Shown in pieces: positions 60,659 through 64,000 of a stretch of DNA of 64,000 nt. A program made the translations under genes and the position numbers. Under the pieces are notes generated by a model. That model saw only the letters and a list, made by a program, of their open reading frames with translations, had not been told where the DNA came from and made no database searches. Origin of the DNA: Bdellovibrionota bacterium (GTDB taxonomy: Bacteria; Bdellovibrionota_C; UBA2361; CALJRW01); NCBI GenBank assembly GCA_041740355.1, contig JBGSMD010000030.1:32001-96000 (forward strand). Direction: 5' to 3'. Position 1 is the stretch's first letter. Each line of letters opens with the position of its first letter.

Positions 60659-62551
60659 TTAATTTTTTAAAAGAATTAAGGCGCGCTTCAACTTCCGTTT
60701 AGCAACTTTTGGATTGTTGTTTTTTGCATTTTGCAATGCATTCTTAAGAAGTCTTCGGATTTTTGTTTTCATTTCAGTAGATAGCGCTAAATCGGATTTT
60801 ACTAATTGAATAAGATCCTTAATTACACGAGTACCTTTTCGATTCTTAGAAATAATTAATTTAAATTCTTCGATGGCACTTTGTATTTCCTCAATAATTA
60901 AACAATCAAAAATGTCATTATTGTTAGCGTCTAAATCTAAAAATCCACAACCACATGCGCCTGCTTGGAATTTTTCAGGGTCGGAAGTACACTGATCAAG
61001 TGGATTCGAAATATGTAGAAATTGATTGGAAGTACTATATTCAAGATTTAAAGCCTCGGACCAAAAAATGTGGGCACTGCCAGTACTATCGACAATCAAT
61101 TGAGGCTCAGAAGCGGAAAAAGTTGTTAAATCTAGGTTAGTTTTAGCAGATAAATTATTAAAGGTATTATTATGAGAATTCCAATAAAGAATATCACTAT
61201 TATCATTGAGTGAAGTAACAATAGCTTCGATTGCCACGTGACGAATATCGTTCTCATCTATATGTAGTTTAGGAGCGCCATAAACCCCCCTAATTGTAGG
61301 ATCTAAAGTTGTGACTGGAGTTAATCCCGTTACACTGTCCCATAAATAAACATGATAATCATTATCTAGAGGATCAAAATTGGTTTTGGTATTAAATCCA
61401 ACAATTACATTTCTGCCACTATTATCCAAAGCTAAAGTTGGAGCGGAGACATCATTTTCGAAAAAATCATAATTAGCCGTGATGTTTGTGACCGCTGAAC
61501 TTTTAGTTTCAAAATAAAATAATTGTAACTCTCCACCTTCAAAAGTATTTTCTGTCCAAGCTAGATAGGCCTCTCCATTATTATCTACAAGTAATTTTAA
61601 GTGATCGACAAAAGTATTCTCTTTAGATAACTCTACTATTCCTGATAAATTTTGAATGCTATTAAAATCATAGAAAAAGACTTCGGAATCATCATTAATC
61701 GTATTTGGAGCAATCCAGGTAATATAAGCTTGGTCATTAAAATGATTGTAAATGATATCATTAGTGACATCAGGAAACCATGCAGGTGGGTTCTCTGTAA
61801 TAGTTTGTAAGAGAGTATGGTCATCGCTACTCCAATGATAAAGCTCTTGTCTAAAGGGAGAGTTACTAACATTAGTCCACAAAGCGATATTAACCTTACC
61901 TAGAGAATTTATTATAAAATCAAATTGAACAGTATAATAATCACTGTTTAAGGCTAGGTCGGCAGTTATATTTGATAGTATTTCTGTACTTCCATTCCAA
62001 TAGTATAAGTCACCATTAAATGTTGTCCCATCAGAATGAATCCACAAAATATGAGGTTTGTTATTTGCATCTAATTTCATGTCGACAGTATCAACCTTAT
62101 AAAATGCACCGAATCCATTGGGATCATTTAGCAGTGAGGTTAGGTTCAATATTCCTGTATTTGAGTTGTAGTAAAAAACATTTTGATTTTCCATCCAAGA
62201 GATATGCACTACATCATCAGTGGATATTTTGATTACAGCTGCATCGATGAATCCAGATTGATTCGCACCTGTCAGATCAGAAAGATTAATAATAGAGTCT
62301 GTTGAGTTATTAAAATAAATTAAATCACTCACATTAGAGCTATTAAATTCCTTCCAGATAGCGTGAGTAGTATTTATTGAATCTAAGGCAATTTTACCCT
62401 CTACCGAAGAATTAAAGCTAATTTGATCGTCAACTAAATCGCTGACATTTTTATTGGTTTCGGATAATGCTAGATTAGCGAATAGAAAAAAGTATACTGT
62501 TAAATAAGATATGTTTATTAAAGTTTCTTTCATCATTTGCTTTAATCTCAA
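60659..62551 (-). CDS. Exported repeat (beta-propeller-like) protein with Cys/Asp-rich motif and basic C-terminal helical tail
   Basis: Recurring D..G..HI.W.....LYY...NL units; DQC.SDP.K...G.CGCG..D.D.NNN...DC. Confidence 0.7.
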   Translation of the reverse strand: MRLKQMMKETLINISYLTVYFFLFANLALSETNKNVSDLVDDQISFNSSVEGKIALDSINTTHAIWKEFNSSNVSDLIYFNNSTDSIINLSDLTGANQSGFIDAAVIKISTDDVVHISWMENQNVFYYNSNTGILNLTSLLNDPNGFGAFYKVDTVDMKLDANNKPHILWIHSDGTTFNGDLYYWNGSTEILSNITADLALNSDYYTVQFDFIINSLGKVNIALWTNVSNSPFRQELYHWSSDDHTLLQTITENPPAWFPDVTNDIIYNHFNDQAYITWIAPNTINDDSEVFFYDFNSIQNLSGIVELSKENTFVDHLKLLVDNNGEAYLAWTENTFEGGELQLFYFETKSSAVTNITANYDFFENDVSAPTLALDNSGRNVIVGFNTKTNFDPLDNDYHVYLWDSVTGLTPVTTLDPTIRGVYGAPKLHIDENDIRHVAIEAIVTSLNDNSDILYWNSHNNTFNNLSAKTNLDLTTFSASEPQLIVDSTGSAHIFWSEALNLEYSTSNQFLHISNPLDQCTSDPEKFQAGACGCGFLDLDANNNDIFDCLIIEEIQSAIEEFKLIISKNRKGTRVIKDLIQLVKSDLALSTEMKTKIRRLLKNALQNAKNNNPKVAKRKLKRALILLKN

Positions 62552-62884
62552 TTCAAATACGCTAAAGATTTAAATTGCATTCTTTTTGATTCCTTAACGG
62601 AAATCCTTATATATAATAAATAGCAAGATTTTTGATGCATTTTAGGCATGTTCAGATTCAGAGTAATCACAAACATTCTTGATTAGAATCTTTATTTAAA
62701 AGACTTAAATATGAATAATAATTAACTTTTTTAAATGATTAATTATTTGAAAATTACCTTATTTTCTTAACTTCAGCTCTTAATTACTTAGGTAAAATTC
62801 CTGATGAGTTTTTTCTTACCCTACATTCTATTTCATTAAAGTCACAAAAAGTAATGAGACGCTAAGTGCTGTGGTTAGATCGTG

Positions 62885-63397
62885 TTACTTTTCCAGAAAC
62901 TCTACATTTTCGGCACTTTGAATGATCCACTCTGTTCCAACTTTCTTTAATTTTAAAATCAATTCTTGAGCAAAGTCCTCGCTTGTGGCATTACTTTTTT
63001 CTTTGATTTTGGCAACGGCAGTTAAGTTAACCTCGGCACTATTTCCAGTTATTGTAATTTTTTGATCTTTAAAATCTAAATCTAATGAATCAAGATAGCT
63101 CCGAGTCAAAGTCGCAAATTTTACTAGTTGATCATGATTGTAAATTTTTTCCTTCTCTCCACTTGGAGTCTTTAGGGTAATTTCAGTTTGCTCCGCAAAA
63201 TGATTTGCCAATTCTTTAGCTTTTTTAATCTGCTCAAAGGGGTGCAATGTTTTTTGTTGGAAACTTGCTTGGTTAGCAACTTGTCGCAGGGTTCGTTTAA
63301 TTAAATCTTGATCGTTTACAAAAACAAAACTTTTGAGAAACCAGAAAGATAAAATAAGGCCAAAGCCTAAGAGGAATTTAGTGTTAACTTTTACCAT
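62885..63397 (-). CDS. Membrane-anchored NTF2-like protein
   Basis: N-terminal TM; I.I.G.SAEV and L.K....W.I pattern. Confidence 0.6.
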   Translation of the reverse strand: MVKVNTKFLLGFGLILSFWFLKSFVFVNDQDLIKRTLRQVANQASFQQKTLHPFEQIKKAKELANHFAEQTEITLKTPSGEKEKIYNHDQLVKFATLTRSYLDSLDLDFKDQKITITGNSAEVNLTAVAKIKEKSNATSEDFAQELILKLKKVGTEWIIQSAENVEFLEK

Positions 63398-63822
63398 AAA
63401 AAAACCACCTTTCCGATTATTCTTGATTGTTTGACTCTTCCATAGTCAATTATTTTTGATAGGTTCTGATTGTAAATTATAACAAAAAATTCAAATTCTT
63501 CATTTCTTCTTTCAGAATAATTGAAACTAGCAGGCAATAGCAATTCAGAAATTGACTTATTAAGTGATAATTGGCCATTAGAAATTTCAACCGTATCCAA
63601 AGGTTTCGCTATAACTTTAGCAAGTGTAGTCACATTTTCACCAGCGAGCTTAATGGCAATAGTTTGATTTAGATTAGGGGTAGCACAGACCTTACAAATC
63701 AACCCAAGTTTAAATGGTTTCAAAAGATATATAGGTTTGATTAAATATAAGCCAATAGTGACTGTTAGGCAGATAATTATTAATAAACGCCAAATCTTTA
63801 TTTCTCTTAAAATTTGGGTCAT
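63391..63822 (-). CDS. Degenerate signal peptidase I (S26)-like protein
   Basis: KVIAKPLDTVEI.NG.L.LN, FFVI..N, YG.V....IIGKV; catalytic residues not evident. Confidence 0.6.
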   Translation of the reverse strand: MTQILREIKIWRLLIIICLTVTIGLYLIKPIYLLKPFKLGLICKVCATPNLNQTIAIKLAGENVTTLAKVIAKPLDTVEISNGQLSLNKSISELLLPASFNYSERRNEEFEFFVIIYNQNLSKIIDYGRVKQSRIIGKVVFLW

Positions 63823-64000
63823 AGAAATTATGTTTGTCTGCTAAAATTGAATATTCACCAGGTAGCGAGCAATTGGCTATGGTGCTTAACTTGACTTGCT
63901 AATTATCAAGTAATTGCTATAAATTACTACAGTTAATTTAATGTTGCCTTTCACGTAGTAGGTAAAAATATTGCTGAGATTTTTAAAAAGTTAGAAGTTC

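Noticed and set aside
63823-64000. Partial gene at the window end
   Set aside because: All three minus-strand frames contain stop codons and no convincing coding signal was seen.

Overview
Low-GC (mid-30s % by eye) bacterial chromosome segment. Gene content and order (tig-clpP-clpX-lon, coaBC, nfeD/slipin, queA-tgt, Cys-rich secreted proteins) suggest a Bdellovibrionota/deltaproteobacterial-type lineage, but this is inference only. Most of the window is housekeeping: acyl-CoA dehydrogenase, folB, miaB, tig, clpPX, lon, recD2, hemD, serS, nadD, hemE, coaBC, queA, tgt, tRNA-Leu(TAG) and tRNA-Val(TAC). The stand-out is a co-oriented 14.6-kb locus (8133-22777): membrane-anchored PP2C phosphatase, degenerate FHA protein, membrane-anchored Ser/Thr kinase, a partial Tad motor (CpaE, CpaB, CpaF/TadA, TadB, TadC), a lone SctV/FlhA-family type III export gate and a directly abutting membrane-anchored pseudokinase. 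No pilin, prepilin peptidase, secretin or other T3SS gene is present in the window. This is a candidate phospho-regulated Tad/T3SS hybrid, possibly a contact-dependent predation machine. Intergenic DNA carries two dispersed palindromic repeat families (a GC-rich REP-like motif and an AT-rich MITE-like double hairpin). A ~320-bp structured element after tRNA-Val holds both a direct and an inverted copy of the tRNA 3' end. No CRISPR array, rRNA, integrase or transposase was seen.
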